Of a stretch of 64,000 bases of DNA, positions 52,811 through 63,100 are shown piece by piece. The notes beneath the pieces were generated by a model. The model searched no databases. It worked only from the letters and a program-made list of their open reading frames with translations, and had not been told where the DNA came from. Source of the stretch: Neosynechococcus sphagnicola sy1 (GTDB taxonomy: Bacteria; Cyanobacteriota; Cyanobacteriia; Neosynechococcales; Neosynechococcaceae); NCBI RefSeq assembly GCF_000775285.1, contig NZ_JJML01000026.1, forward strand, positions 56,151-120,150, read 5' to 3'. Every line of letters begins with the position of its first letter. Position 1 is the stretch's first letter. The position numbers were made by a program, and so were the translations under genes.

Positions 52811-52874
52811 GCCGTCCCTGCCATTGATCTAGATCAGGAGATCCTCCCTATCCGCACCTATTGATGTCTGCCCT

Positions 52875-53389
52875 ATGTCTCCACTGACTGATACCCATAC
52901 CACTACACCGAGTACACCCGCCGTTCCCCTTGATACACCTCTGGCAGCACCTGCCACCATTTTCACCGTTGAGGATATCCACAAACTGCTCCCCCATCGC
53001 TATCCCTTTGCCTTGGTGGACAAGATTATTGAGTATGTTCCGGGGAAACGGGCAGTGGGGGTGAAAAATGTGACCTTCAATGAGCCGCATTTCCAGGGGC
53101 ATTTTCCCGGTCGCCCGATTATGCCAGGGGTGTTAATTGTGGAAGCCATGGCCCAGGTGGGGGGGTGGTCATGACCCAAATGCCAGAGATGCCGCAGGGA
53201 GGACTGTTTTTGTTCGCTGGGATTGATGGTGTGCGCTTCCGTCGCCCGGTGGTACCGGGGGATCAACTGATCCTGACCGTGGAACTGCTCTGTATCAAAC
53301 GCCGTCGCTTTGGCAAAATGCAGGGGGTTGCCGAGGTCGGCGGTCAGCGGGCGGCAGAAGGGGAGTTGATGTTTTCCCTCGTAGATTAG
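52875..53389 (+). CDS. fabZ: 3-hydroxyacyl-ACP dehydratase FabZ; split by a 1-nt deletion in a G7 run (53159-53165)
   Basis: ..[60 protein letters not shown]| then [31 protein letters not shown]. Confidence 0.9.
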
Positions 53390-53484
53390 CGCCTCCTCAT
53401 TGGTGAATGGCTAGCATTGTGTCATTGTTCTCCAGCATCCCTAGACAACCTGCTTCTCTCTCAACCTCGCAGCCAGTCGCTTCT

Positions 53485-54309
53485 ATGACAACCTTGATCC
53501 ATCCCACTGCTGTTATCCATCCCACGGCTGAGATCCACTCGACGGTTCAGGTTGGCCCCTATGCTGTGATTGGAGCCGATGTCAAAATTGGAGCAGAAAC
53601 CGTGATTGGGGCCCATGTCGTCATAGAAGGGCCGACAGAGATTGGCGATCGCAATCAAATCTTTCCGGGGGCTGCCATTGGGATGGAGCCCCAAGACCTC
53701 AAGTACGACGGCTCTCCGAGTTGGGTGAAGATTGGCAATGACAATCGGATTCGGGAATATGTCACCATCAATCGCGCCACCCGTGCCCCGGAAGCTACCC
53801 TGATTGGCAACAACAATCTCCTGATGGCCTATGCCCATGTGGCCCACAATTGTGTGCTTGAGAATCAGGTGATCATTGCCAACGGTGTCGCCTTGGCAGG
53901 GCATGTGCAGGTAGAATCCCAGGCTCGCATTAGCGGCATTCTGGGAGTGCATCAATTTGTGCACATTGGGCGACTGGCCATGGTGGGGGGGATGAGTCGG
54001 ATTGATCGGGATGTACCGCCCTATATGCTGGTGGAGGGCAATCCCTCCCGGGTGCGATCGCTCAACTTAGTAGGACTGCGACGAGCCAATTTTACGGAAC
54101 TCGAGGCGGGACAGGTGTTTCAATCCCTGAAAAAGGCCTTTCGTCTGCTCTACCGGGAGGGCTTACCCCTGAGTGCAGCCCTAGACCAACTGGATTTGCT
54201 CCCCGATAGCGAGCCCTTGCAACATCTGCGCCAGTTTTGCCGTAGTGCACAAACCCCGGAACGGCGGGGCTTGATTCCCAGTCGCCGTTCCGCAGCCATG
54301 GAATCCTGA
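53485..54309 (+). CDS. lpxA: acyl-ACP--UDP-N-acetylglucosamine O-acyltransferase
   Basis: Hexapeptide-repeat left-handed beta-helix (IHPTAVIHPTAEIHSTVQVGPYAVIGADVKIGAETVIGAHVVIEG...). LpxA C-terminal helical domain. Start at the MTTLIHP Met within ORF 53407..54309. Confidence 0.9.
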   Translation: MTTLIHPTAVIHPTAEIHSTVQVGPYAVIGADVKIGAETVIGAHVVIEGPTEIGDRNQIFPGAAIGMEPQDLKYDGSPSWVKIGNDNRIREYVTINRATRAPEATLIGNNNLLMAYAHVAHNCVLENQVIIANGVALAGHVQVESQARISGILGVHQFVHIGRLAMVGGMSRIDRDVPPYMLVEGNPSRVRSLNLVGLRRANFTELEAGQVFQSLKKAFRLLYREGLPLSAALDQLDLLPDSEPLQHLRQFCRSAQTPERRGLIPSRRSAAMES

Positions 54310-55526
54310 TGACCCGCATCTTTATTAGTACCGGGGAAGTCTCTGGGGATCTCCAAGGTGCGCTGTTAATTGCTGCTTTGCGTCGTCAAGCTCAGCAACT
54401 GGGAATTCCCTTGGAAATTGCCGCCCTCGGCGGCGATCGCATGGCAGCGGCAGGGGTCGACCCTGTTGGGGAAAACCCAGCCACATTGGCTCCATTGGAC
54501 TCCTGGAATCCCTCCCCTATTTGCTGCCAACCCTGACCGTGCAGCGCCAAGCCAAACGCTATCTGCGGCAGTACTCCCCCGATGTGATTGTCCTGATTGA
54601 CTATATGGGGCCAAATCTTGGCATTGGGTGGTTTGCCCGTCAGCATTATCCCCAGGTGCCCATCGTCTACTACATTGACCCCCCAGGAATGGGTGTGGTC
54701 CCTGAATCAACGCAATACTCGGCGGATTGTCCAGTTCACCGATCAGCTCCTGGCAGTGTTTCCCGGTGAAGCCCATTACTATCAGCAGCAAGGGGCGGCG
54801 GTTACCTGGGTTGGGCATCCCCTGTTGGATCAAATGTCCACAGCTCCCAGTCGAGAACAAGCGCGGCTGGCCTTGGGCATTGCCCCCAATCAATGGGCGA
54901 TCGCCTTGGTACCCGCCTCTCGCCAGCAGGAGTTGCAGACTTTATTACCCGTGATCCTAGAAGCTGCCCGTCAGCTGCAAGCCCAGATCCCCAATACTGA
55001 CCCCCAGCAACCCTTATTTTGGATTCCCCTTTCTTTAGAAGCCTATCGTGCTCACCTGCAACAGGCGATCGCCGCTGCTGGGTTACGGGCCCAACTGGTG
55101 CCAGACAGGGGGCATCCCCAAGGGGATTGGTTACGGCGCTGTGCGATCGCGGCGGCGGATTTAGCCATCACTAAATCTGGCACGGTGAATCTGGAAATCG
55201 CTCTCATGCAGGTACCCCAGGTGGTAATCTATCGGGTTAGTCCATTCACCGCTTGGGTGGCGCAGCATCTCTTGAAGTTCTCCATTCCCTTCATGGCCCC
55301 CCCTAACCTGGTGACAATGCGCCCGATTGTGCCGGAATTACTCCAGGGAAAGGCCACCGCTCCCAATATTGTCCGGGAATCCTTAGATCTCCTCCTCAAC
55401 CCTACTCGACGGCAGCAAATTCAGCAGGACTATCAAGCCATGCGGCAGTCTTTGGGGGAGCCTGGAGTTGCCGATCGCGCAGCTCTGGCAATTTTGAAAC
55501 TAGACCTATTGCGTCAATCAAAATGA
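54309..55526 (+). CDS. lpxB: lipid-A-disaccharide synthase; two compensating homopolymer indels (about 54471-54480 in an A4C3 run; C6 at 54679-54684)
   Basis: Three ORFs (54309..54536, 54521..54769, 54597..55526) are colinear with LpxB: MTRIFISTGEVSGDLQGALL.. then (S)IGLLESLPYLLPTLTVQRQAKRY..VLIDYMGPNLGIGW..VYYID then PQEWVWSLNQRNTRRIVQFTDQLLAVFPGEA... Confidence 0.85.
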
Positions 55527-55740
55527 CTACAACCTCCCAGGTGTAAGCGTTCTGATATAACTGCTTTTTCCCGGGCAGACGAAACTTCCCAGATCTCATC
55601 AGTAAGGCTTCTACTTTATGGATCAGACGGCACACCCCTGACTCACTCAGTCTCCATCTGGTGGCCATGGGAATGGATAGGCGATTTCCTGGCTCTAAAC
55701 CACAGAGTCCTCTGGAGCTTGGGGGGAGGATGCGAGGGGT

Positions 55741-56928
55741 TTAGGAGAACCCTGATCTGCCGCCGTCATCGGCACCTCCGGGGGAACCTTCACCGCCACC
55801 AACTGACCCAGGCCACTGACCCCCCCCCCATTGATCCAGCACATCTCTGACGAGAATTTCCCGCAGCCACACCTGCCCCACCACCGTTAAGGGAATCGCC
55901 ATCACCAAGCCAAAAAAGCCGAAGATCGTGGCAAAAAAGACTTGGCACAGTAAGGTGAGGGCAGGGAGCAAGGCCACCTGCTGCGCCATGATGTAGGGTG
56001 TCAGCAGACTACTTTCAAACTGCTGGATGCCAAAGTAAAGAATCAATACAAATACGGCCTTCAAACCGTCATCCAAGAGGGCGATCGCCATGGGCGGCAC
56101 GACGCTAAAGGCTGGCCCCACATTGGGGATAAAATTTAGCAGCCCCGCCAGCACGGCATTCGCAAGGGGGAGTTTTACCTGTAATAGGAACAGCCCCAGC
56201 CAACTCAGAATCGAGATCACACCCATACTCATCAGTGCCCCCACAATCCAAGCGGCCAGGGCAGTTTCCGTGTGACTTAAGATCTCCGCCATCCGAGGGC
56301 GATAGAAGGCTGGGAACAGCCGGATGAACAGCTGGCGATAGCCTTGCGGGTTGGCCAGAAACATCAGGGCCAAGACCAGCAGCAACAGCAGGTTTAACAC
56401 AAAATTCAAGGACCCAGAAACCAGCACCAGCGACCCCCCCAGCAACCGATTTGCGTAGGGGCGCATCTGCTGCAACAGATGTTCACTGTCGGGGATCACC
56501 TCCTCCACCTGTTGGGGCAACTGCACCTTAAAGCTATTCAACCAGTGGGTGATCCGGTCGAGTCCTTGAGGCACCAGCAGTTGGAGCTCCTGAAACTGTT
56601 CCGTGAACGGCGGCACGATCAGAAAAAACACCAGGGTGAAGAACAGCACGAGAACGCCTACCGCTGCGAGCACCGCCCAGGGTCGTTGCATTCCCAGCCG
56701 TTGCCAGCGCCGGGCCAGACGATTGAGCGCCGTTGCCAGCACCACGGCGGTAAACACCAGTAACAGTAACTGTCGAATCTGCCACAGGATGTATAAGGAC
56801 AGCATCAATGCGATCAAACCCAGCCATGCGCCAAATTTCACAGCCCAGACTCCCTTGATGAAGGTTCGCGTTGCTCCCAGAGCTGTCTTTGAGCATTGCC
56901 TGTGATCGAGAATCGTCGGGCGCGCCAA
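55741..56928 (-). CDS. AI-2E (PerM/UPF0118) family transporter
   Basis: 395 aa with ~8 TM helices. Family-typical loops (..LLNFIPNVGP..). TTG start predicted. Confidence 0.75.
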   Translation of the reverse strand: MARPTILDHRQCSKTALGATRTFIKGVWAVKFGAWLGLIALMLSLYILWQIRQLLLLVFTAVVLATALNRLARRWQRLGMQRPWAVLAAVGVLVLFFTLVFFLIVPPFTEQFQELQLLVPQGLDRITHWLNSFKVQLPQQVEEVIPDSEHLLQQMRPYANRLLGGSLVLVSGSLNFVLNLLLLLVLALMFLANPQGYRQLFIRLFPAFYRPRMAEILSHTETALAAWIVGALMSMGVISILSWLGLFLLQVKLPLANAVLAGLLNFIPNVGPAFSVVPPMAIALLDDGLKAVFVLILYFGIQQFESSLLTPYIMAQQVALLPALTLLCQVFFATIFGFFGLVMAIPLTVVGQVWLREILVRDVLDQWGGGQWPGSVGGGEGSPGGADDGGRSGFS

Positions 56929-57454
56929 CCTAAAATCGCCGCCATGATCAGCGTCGGCACGACCACCGCGATCGCCGCCGTCGTAGACGTTGCGTTCAGG
57001 GGCAGCAGTTTGCCACCATATTTGATCAGCAGGGATAGCAAGACAGAAAGCAGCAGGACTTTGTTAAGAAAACTCAGATTACTACGCATCAGCAGGGAAA
57101 ATAGGAATTTCAAATCAGATCCAGTGAGATCTACAGTCACATCTACAACTGTGAGCCGACAATAACAACCCCTGTAAAATTGCTCACAATTGAAAATATT
57201 ATTAACAAAATCAACACATTCGCTAGAATGAGGTGCAAACTACGCAATTGCAAGGATCAATGCCCTTGCCAATGGCTGATAGATCTCCTTCTGGTGGGTT
57301 AACGTGTTTTATTGGTACTTGTCAACTATTAAGCCTCCGATCGGGTCGCCAGATAGTGTTAAGCTATCTGACCGGAGGAAAGAGATCTGGCTTTGGGGGA
57401 GGGGTTGGCCTCCTCCCGATTTTCCCACCTGTGTGAACAAGCTGTCTTAGCCCC

Positions 57455-58876
57455 ATGACGACTGTACCTGCTCCTAAATCGTCACCCCAGCCTGCGGATC
57501 GAAGCAATTCGACCCCCGTGTTTGCCTTGAAGGAACTGGTGGCTCGGTTACACCGGGAACAGCACAAAACCCAGGACTTGCTTAGTTCTCTCGGCTATGC
57601 CCTCCGCAGCTTTAACAATTTAAACCAATTTTTGGAACTGATCCCGCTGATGGCGAGCCGCGTCACCGATGCAGACGGGGGGGCATTATTTTTATTCAAA
57701 CCTAACGGTCAGGTGAGTTTGGCACGTCTGCATTGTCAAGATAGCTCCCACTGTCAAGATATCCGCAGGGCACTGGAAACCGTTTCCCGCCAGGTAACGA
57801 CTACCTCGTTGGCAACTGCCACCCCTGGCCCCACCGGGGTGATCCCCACCTACAGAGGCATGGCGGCACTGGACTATCAAGTGAGTCATTATCTGGGGTC
57901 GGAGATTCAACTGTTTGGCACTGCGATTCTCGTCAAAAATGTGGAACGCGGACGACTTTACGTCTTTAGCGAAGATCCAACCTACGATTGGACTGAAACC
58001 CGGCAAAAGTTAGTCCGTCTCGTTGCCGATCAAACTGCGGTGGCGATCGCCAATGAGGAACTCAAGATCGAGCTGCGCAATAAGGAACGGTTGGATCGGG
58101 AGTTGGAAATTGGGGCGGAAATTCAGCGCCAACTCCTGCCTCGCCAGTGTCCCCAAATTGCTGGGGTGGCCTTAGCAGCTCATTGCAAAACAGCCAACCG
58201 CGTCGGGGGCGACTACTACGATTTCATTCCCGTCCATCATGCCGCTAGCCCGGTAGAAGATAGCCAGTCCAGTTGTTGGGGGTTGGCGATCGGGGATGTC
58301 ATGGGTAAGGGCGTCCCGGCGGGGCTGATTATGACCATGACCCGGGGAATGCTGCGGGCTGAGGTTTTAAACGGCCACTCCCCCGCCCGGATTCTGCAAC
58401 ATCTGAACTTGGTGTACTACGCAGATCTAGAAAATTCCCACCGCTTCGTTACCCTGTTTTATTCCGAATATGACCCCCAAACCCAGATTCTCCACTATAG
58501 CAATGCGGCTCATCATCCGCCCTTACTCTGGCAGGCGGCAACGAATACCATTAAACGCCTGGATACCCTGGGAATGTTGATTGGCTTAGATGCCAGTACC
58601 CAATACCAGGATGCTCAGGTGCAGCTCTCCCCCGGTGATACCTTAATCTATTACACCGATGGGTTCACCGATGCGGGGAATCAAAGTGGCGATCGCTTTG
58701 ATGAAGAGAATCTGATCCGCGCCTTTCGCTGGGCCTGTGAGCATTGCTTGAACCCCCAAGAGATTCTAGAGTATCTATTTGATCAGGTACAGCAGTTTAT
58801 TGGCTCCCATCGCTGTAACGAAGATGATATGACCTTGATTGTGATGCAGGTGAAACCTCAAGCGGTCAGCAGCTGA
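57455..58876 (+). CDS. GAF domain plus PP2C-type (SpoIIE/RsbU-like) serine phosphatase
   Basis: 473 aa. N-terminal GAF-like region. C-terminal PP2C_SIG motifs (GGDYYDF; GDVMGKGVPAGLIMT; YYTDGFTDA). Confidence 0.8.
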   Translation: MTTVPAPKSSPQPADRSNSTPVFALKELVARLHREQHKTQDLLSSLGYALRSFNNLNQFLELIPLMASRVTDADGGALFLFKPNGQVSLARLHCQDSSHCQDIRRALETVSRQVTTTSLATATPGPTGVIPTYRGMAALDYQVSHYLGSEIQLFGTAILVKNVERGRLYVFSEDPTYDWTETRQKLVRLVADQTAVAIANEELKIELRNKERLDRELEIGAEIQRQLLPRQCPQIAGVALAAHCKTANRVGGDYYDFIPVHHAASPVEDSQSSCWGLAIGDVMGKGVPAGLIMTMTRGMLRAEVLNGHSPARILQHLNLVYYADLENSHRFVTLFYSEYDPQTQILHYSNAAHHPPLLWQAATNTIKRLDTLGMLIGLDASTQYQDAQVQLSPGDTLIYYTDGFTDAGNQSGDRFDEENLIRAFRWACEHCLNPQEILEYLFDQVQQFIGSHRCNEDDMTLIVMQVKPQAVSS

Positions 58877-58902
58877 AGTGATAGGTAAGTGGGTAGACAT
58901 CG

Positions 58903-59898
58903 ATGATTGAAGTTGAACATCTCAGTAAAACCTACGGCACCCATCGTGCCATTACCGATGTCACCTTTCGGGTAGAGCAGGGTGAAATTCTGGGCTTTCT
59001 GGGCCCCAATGGGGCTGGCAAAACCACCACCATGCGCATCTTAACCGGATATCTCCCTGCCACCGAAGGCACTGCCCGAATTGCGGGCTGGGAGGTGCAC
59101 GAGAACTCCATGGCGGTGCGGCGACAAATTGGTTACCTGCCCGAAACGCCCCCCCTCTATCCCGAAATGACCGTCGAAGGGTTTCTGCATTTTGTTGCCC
59201 GGATCAAAGGGGTGAATGGCGGCGATCGCCCCACTCGAGTAGCAGCCGCCTTGTCCAGTTGTGGGCTGCAAGAAAAGCGGGACGTGTTAATTCGCAAACT
59301 TTCCAAAGGGTTCAAGCAGCGGGTAGGGATTGCCCAAGCCATCGTCCATGATCCCCCGGTGATTATCCTCGATGAGCCGACGGTGGGTCTCGATCCGCGG
59401 CAGATTATTGAAGTTCGGAATTTGATTAAGAATTTAGGGGGCGATCGCACTATTATTCTGTCCACCCACATTCTGCCGGAAGTCAGCATGACCTGTAACC
59501 GGGTAGCGATCATCCATCGGGGTCGGGTCGTTGCCATTGATTCCCCCGATCATTTGGGGTCCCAACTGACGGCGGGCACTGCCTACGAATTGGAGGTGGC
59601 AGGGGATGTGCTCCTGGCTCAGCAGACCCTAGAGCAGGTAGCCGGGGTGGAACGGCTGGAAATCCTCAGCAGTGAAGGTCTGGCTGCCGATCGCTGTAAA
59701 CTGCACGTGACCACAGCGGTAGGCACCGACCCTGGACGAGAGCTGGCTGTGGCGCTGGTAGCAGCGAACCTGGGATTATACGAAATGCGCCGCAGTCAAG
59801 CGACCCTGGAAGACGTGTTCCTGCAACTAACCACCGAGGAAACAGCCATCAACGCCACACTGGAGAAATTTGATTCAAGCGAGGACGCAGCAGCCTAA
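58903..59898 (+). CDS. ABC transporter ATP-binding protein (ABC-2 exporter type)
   Basis: Walker A GPNGAGKTT. Signature LSKGFKQRV. Walker B ILDEPTVGLD. C-terminal accessory domain. Confidence 0.85.
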   Translation: MIEVEHLSKTYGTHRAITDVTFRVEQGEILGFLGPNGAGKTTTMRILTGYLPATEGTARIAGWEVHENSMAVRRQIGYLPETPPLYPEMTVEGFLHFVARIKGVNGGDRPTRVAAALSSCGLQEKRDVLIRKLSKGFKQRVGIAQAIVHDPPVIILDEPTVGLDPRQIIEVRNLIKNLGGDRTIILSTHILPEVSMTCNRVAIIHRGRVVAIDSPDHLGSQLTAGTAYELEVAGDVLLAQQTLEQVAGVERLEILSSEGLAADRCKLHVTTAVGTDPGRELAVALVAANLGLYEMRRSQATLEDVFLQLTTEETAINATLEKFDSSEDAAA

Positions 59899-60702
59899 AT
59901 GAGGATGATCATGGGAAACATTGTGGCTATTTATCGTCGGGAGTTACAGGGGTATTTTGCCTCGCCCTTGTGCTATGCGATTGCTGGCGTCTTTTGGTTC
60001 TTGGCTGGCATCTTTTTTGTCTCAGTGCTGCTGGGGCCAGAGGGGATTTTAGTTCAGGCCGCCATGCGGGATCAGCTTGGTGGCGGCACGGCTCCGCCCC
60101 TGGATGTTGCCTCCGAATTTCTCAAATTCTTTCTGGGGCTTTTGGGTTCCCTGTCCCTATTTATTCTGCCGATTCTTTCCATGGGGCTGTATGCCGAGGA
60201 ACGCAAGCGCGGTACCTTAGAACTCTTGGCAACTTCACCGATTACCAATTGGGCGGTCGCCATTGGCAAGTTATTAGCCGTCCTTACCTTTTTTGTCTCG
60301 ATGATTTTGCCCCTGATGATCTACGAGGCGATCGCCCTCAGTCATGCCAACCCACCCTTTCAACCTGTGTTATTGCTGGTGGGACACCTGGGATTATTGC
60401 TGTTGGCTGCCGGGATTTTATCCCTGGGGATGTTCATTTCTTCCCTCACCGACAGCACCATTCTGGCAGCCGTCCTCACCTTTGCTTTGGTGCTGTTTCT
60501 CTGGGTGATTGATGTCGTTGCCAAAGGCATTGGCGGCCCCCTGGGGAGTGCCCTAGAGCATCTCTCGTTACTGAGTAACTACAACAATTTGGTGCAGGGT
60601 GTGATTGACACCAGCAGCCTGATTCTCTTTGGCAGCTATATTGTCCTTGGTCTGTTTCTCACAGCTCAGTCCATTGATGCCCTGCGATTCCAGCGTTCCT
60701 AG
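59899..60702 (+). CDS. ABC-2 family transporter permease
   Basis: 267 aa with 6 predicted TM helices. Translationally coupled to the upstream ATPase (TAA/ATG overlap). Confidence 0.7.
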   Translation: MRMIMGNIVAIYRRELQGYFASPLCYAIAGVFWFLAGIFFVSVLLGPEGILVQAAMRDQLGGGTAPPLDVASEFLKFFLGLLGSLSLFILPILSMGLYAEERKRGTLELLATSPITNWAVAIGKLLAVLTFFVSMILPLMIYEAIALSHANPPFQPVLLLVGHLGLLLLAAGILSLGMFISSLTDSTILAAVLTFALVLFLWVIDVVAKGIGGPLGSALEHLSLLSNYNNLVQGVIDTSSLILFGSYIVLGLFLTAQSIDALRFQRS

Positions 60703-61512
60703 ACTTAACCCTGTATTGCAGTATTTTCCTCCAACAAACTCAGTGGGATGGTCCGGGAGAATTGATCCCAGGGCAGGGGCGGTACGGTCACCCCTGTCTT
60801 CTGTCAGCACCGCTGAAAATAACGGGCGGTGACAGGAGATCATGCCTCTTGGGGGCAGTGAACAAAAAAATACACTCGAATCCCCTACTGAAGCCATTGA
60901 CTGATTTGCCCCACCCATTCATCAAGATAGGGCTGGTTCAGTGCCAATTGGGGGTGGCAAGTCAACGACAAAGAAGGTATACAACGATCTAGGGATTGAT
61001 CTCATTAATCCTGCAAGTTACAGACAGTCTCTTCACAAAATTTACAGAAAATTCCAAGCATGACTCTCGGAAAGCTGATGATGAGACTTGCTAATATCAA
61101 CCTGGGCTTTTCCATATTTTTAGTTGAAGATGATAGACTTTGATCAGAAGTGATCAGGGTTGTGGTGAGGAGTTTTAGCTGTCGATCTCTCAATGTTGGC
61201 AATTCTGAATCCGTTGTCTTTCGCAACATTACGGACGGTTCCACTCGCAAGTTTGTCTCATATTTGTAATGTTGAATATTGAGAGAGCAGCCAATTAAAT
61301 CAACGACTCGTTTGAATATCCAAAGCTCTTAGTTATCAATGCTTTCAGGCAGCATCTATGCAAAAAAACGTTTAGCCTGTTGTGCTTTTTAGATACATTT
61401 GAAGTAGGGACTGGTGTGACTAGATCAATACAAAGCCCCTGGCGGCTGATCTAAGTTTTTCGAGGTTCTCTTGAAAATTTAATCCCAGACAGCTACTTCA
61501 CTCAGTTTAAAA

Positions 61513-61890
61513 ATGGAGGCGAAGCTAATGTCAAAAACAATTACGAACCTGACACTCCCGGTTGTGACAGAGGTGGTGGAAACGGTTCTAGAACTGTATC
61601 CAGATCATCCTTATCAACAAGCATTTGCATCTCCAGATCTCCGCGATAAGCTGATTGCCCACATCCTCAGCCGCATTCCCAATCAATACACAGCGATTGA
61701 TAACGACGATGACGATAGTATGCCCAGTCAGCTCTCGTCTTCCACCTATGGCTCAGAATTGAAATTGCAAATTGAATCGATTGTCTATGATGGAATTCAG
61801 CACGTCTTTACGGCGAATGCAGAGTGGATTTCCCATCATGTTCCTGAATCAGTGACGGCAGGCACAGATCCCTCCCACTGGTTTGGTTAG
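61513..61890 (+). CDS. hypothetical acidic protein (125 aa)
   Basis: ORF with a good RBS (GGAGG, 8 nt upstream). Lies in an AT-rich leader region. No assignable domain. Confidence 0.4.
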   Translation: MEAKLMSKTITNLTLPVVTEVVETVLELYPDHPYQQAFASPDLRDKLIAHILSRIPNQYTAIDNDDDDSMPSQLSSSTYGSELKLQIESIVYDGIQHVFTANAEWISHHVPESVTAGTDPSHWFG

Positions 61891-61915
61891 CCGTCTGAGT
61901 CCAAGGGACAAGGGT

Positions 61916-62653
61916 TCAGAGGGAGGCTTGGGGGTTGCGATTCAACCCATAGGGGATAGGATCAGTGCGTCCTAGTTCCGCAAAAGCAGTGAGCCGCAGC
62001 TGGCAGGCATCACAAGTACCACAGGCCTCATCACCTCCGGCATAGCAGGACCAGGTAAGTTCCCACGGCACCCCTAAGCGATCGCCCAGTTCGATGATGG
62101 CTGTTTTTTTTAAGGTGATCAGGGGGGTAACGATGGCGATCGCCGTGCCTTCTCGTCCCTGTTTGGTTCCCAACTGAAAGACGGTTTGCATGGCTTGAAT
62201 ATAGTCAGGACGGCAGTCTGGATAGCCAGAGTAATCGAGACTATTGACCCCGAGATAGACCCGTTCAGCGGCGATCGTCTCGCCATAGGCAAGGGCAAAG
62301 CTGAGAAAAATTGTATTTCGAGCTGGCACATAAGTCACAGGAATAGTCTGACTCATCTCCGCCAGAGAACGGCTTTGGGGTAAATCAATTTCGACATCGG
62401 TGAGAGCAGAGCCCCCCCACTGCCGCAGATCAAAACTGACCACCTGATGATCGATAACACCGGCACACTGGGCAATGGTTCGGGCTGCGGTTAATTCCCG
62501 CCGATGGCGCTGCTGATAGTCAAAGGAGAGGGCATAACAGTCGCAGCCATCTGCTTGGGCTTGGTACAGTACCGTTGCCGAATCCAGTCCCCCCGATAGC
62601 AATATTACAGCTTTCACAGTTCCGGCTCCTGGGTTGATCGAGTTTAACTTCAT
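61916..62653 (-). CDS. queC: 7-cyano-7-deazaguanine synthase
   Basis: AVILLSGGLDSATVL PP-loop. C-terminal Zn-binding Cys cluster (CYAGGDEACGTCDAC). Confidence 0.9.
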   Translation of the reverse strand: MKLNSINPGAGTVKAVILLSGGLDSATVLYQAQADGCDCYALSFDYQQRHRRELTAARTIAQCAGVIDHQVVSFDLRQWGGSALTDVEIDLPQSRSLAEMSQTIPVTYVPARNTIFLSFALAYGETIAAERVYLGVNSLDYSGYPDCRPDYIQAMQTVFQLGTKQGREGTAIAIVTPLITLKKTAIIELGDRLGVPWELTWSCYAGGDEACGTCDACQLRLTAFAELGRTDPIPYGLNRNPQASL

Positions 62654-62893
62654 CGTATATTTTCACGATCCGAATCAGGGCGATGGTCAAAGACCGCTCT
62701 CCGAGCATCGCCCCTAGTCGGAGGGAGATCTTCTTGACTAAACCTTGACTAAACAATGAGTGATGCCATTACGGGGCTGAAGACCGTAACCTTGCACCCT
62801 CCTCAAGATGGCAAGATCGCCCATTTTTAGGGGTTTTCGTTGCCGGGATATCCACGTAGGATGGGATCAATCTAGGTAAAGCAGGCGACGCTG

Positions 62894-63100
62894 ATGAACA
62901 GCAATGATCTGGCACAATACCTCGAAGCAACGGATAGTGTTTTCAAACCCTGGCTGCTGATGCGATTCTGTCTTCAAAATCTGAAGCAGCATCCGTCCAG
63001 CTTCCCCCCAGAAGATGACCCTCTGGAAATGGCTGATATCCACCCGGATCTTATGAACCTTTGGGAAGGGTGGCAGGGAGTTGAAGATGAAGTCTTCTAA
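62894..63100 (+). CDS. small acidic hypothetical protein (68 aa)
   Basis: ORF only. It overlaps an antisense ORF of equal plausibility. Confidence 0.2.
   Translation: MNSNDLAQYLEATDSVFKPWLLMRFCLQNLKQHPSSFPPEDDPLEMADIHPDLMNLWEGWQGVEDEVF

Noticed and set aside
56838-57140. 100-aa minus-strand ORF overlapping the 5' end of the AI-2E transporter, possibly an N-terminal extension via frameshift
   Set aside because: The 395-aa AI-2E ORF is already full length for the family. The overlap region has no homopolymer that would indicate a frameshift. The extra ORF's C-terminal part is Arg-rich junk. It is most likely spurious.
60790-60850. Imperfect ~10-bp hairpin (CTGTCAGCACCGC..loop..GCGGTGACAG) downstream of the ABC-2 permease; considered as a terminator or riboswitch element
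   Set aside because: There is no U-tract and no match to a known aptamer consensus that I recognise. The stem is interrupted by a 3-nt bulge. I treat it as insignificant without expression data.
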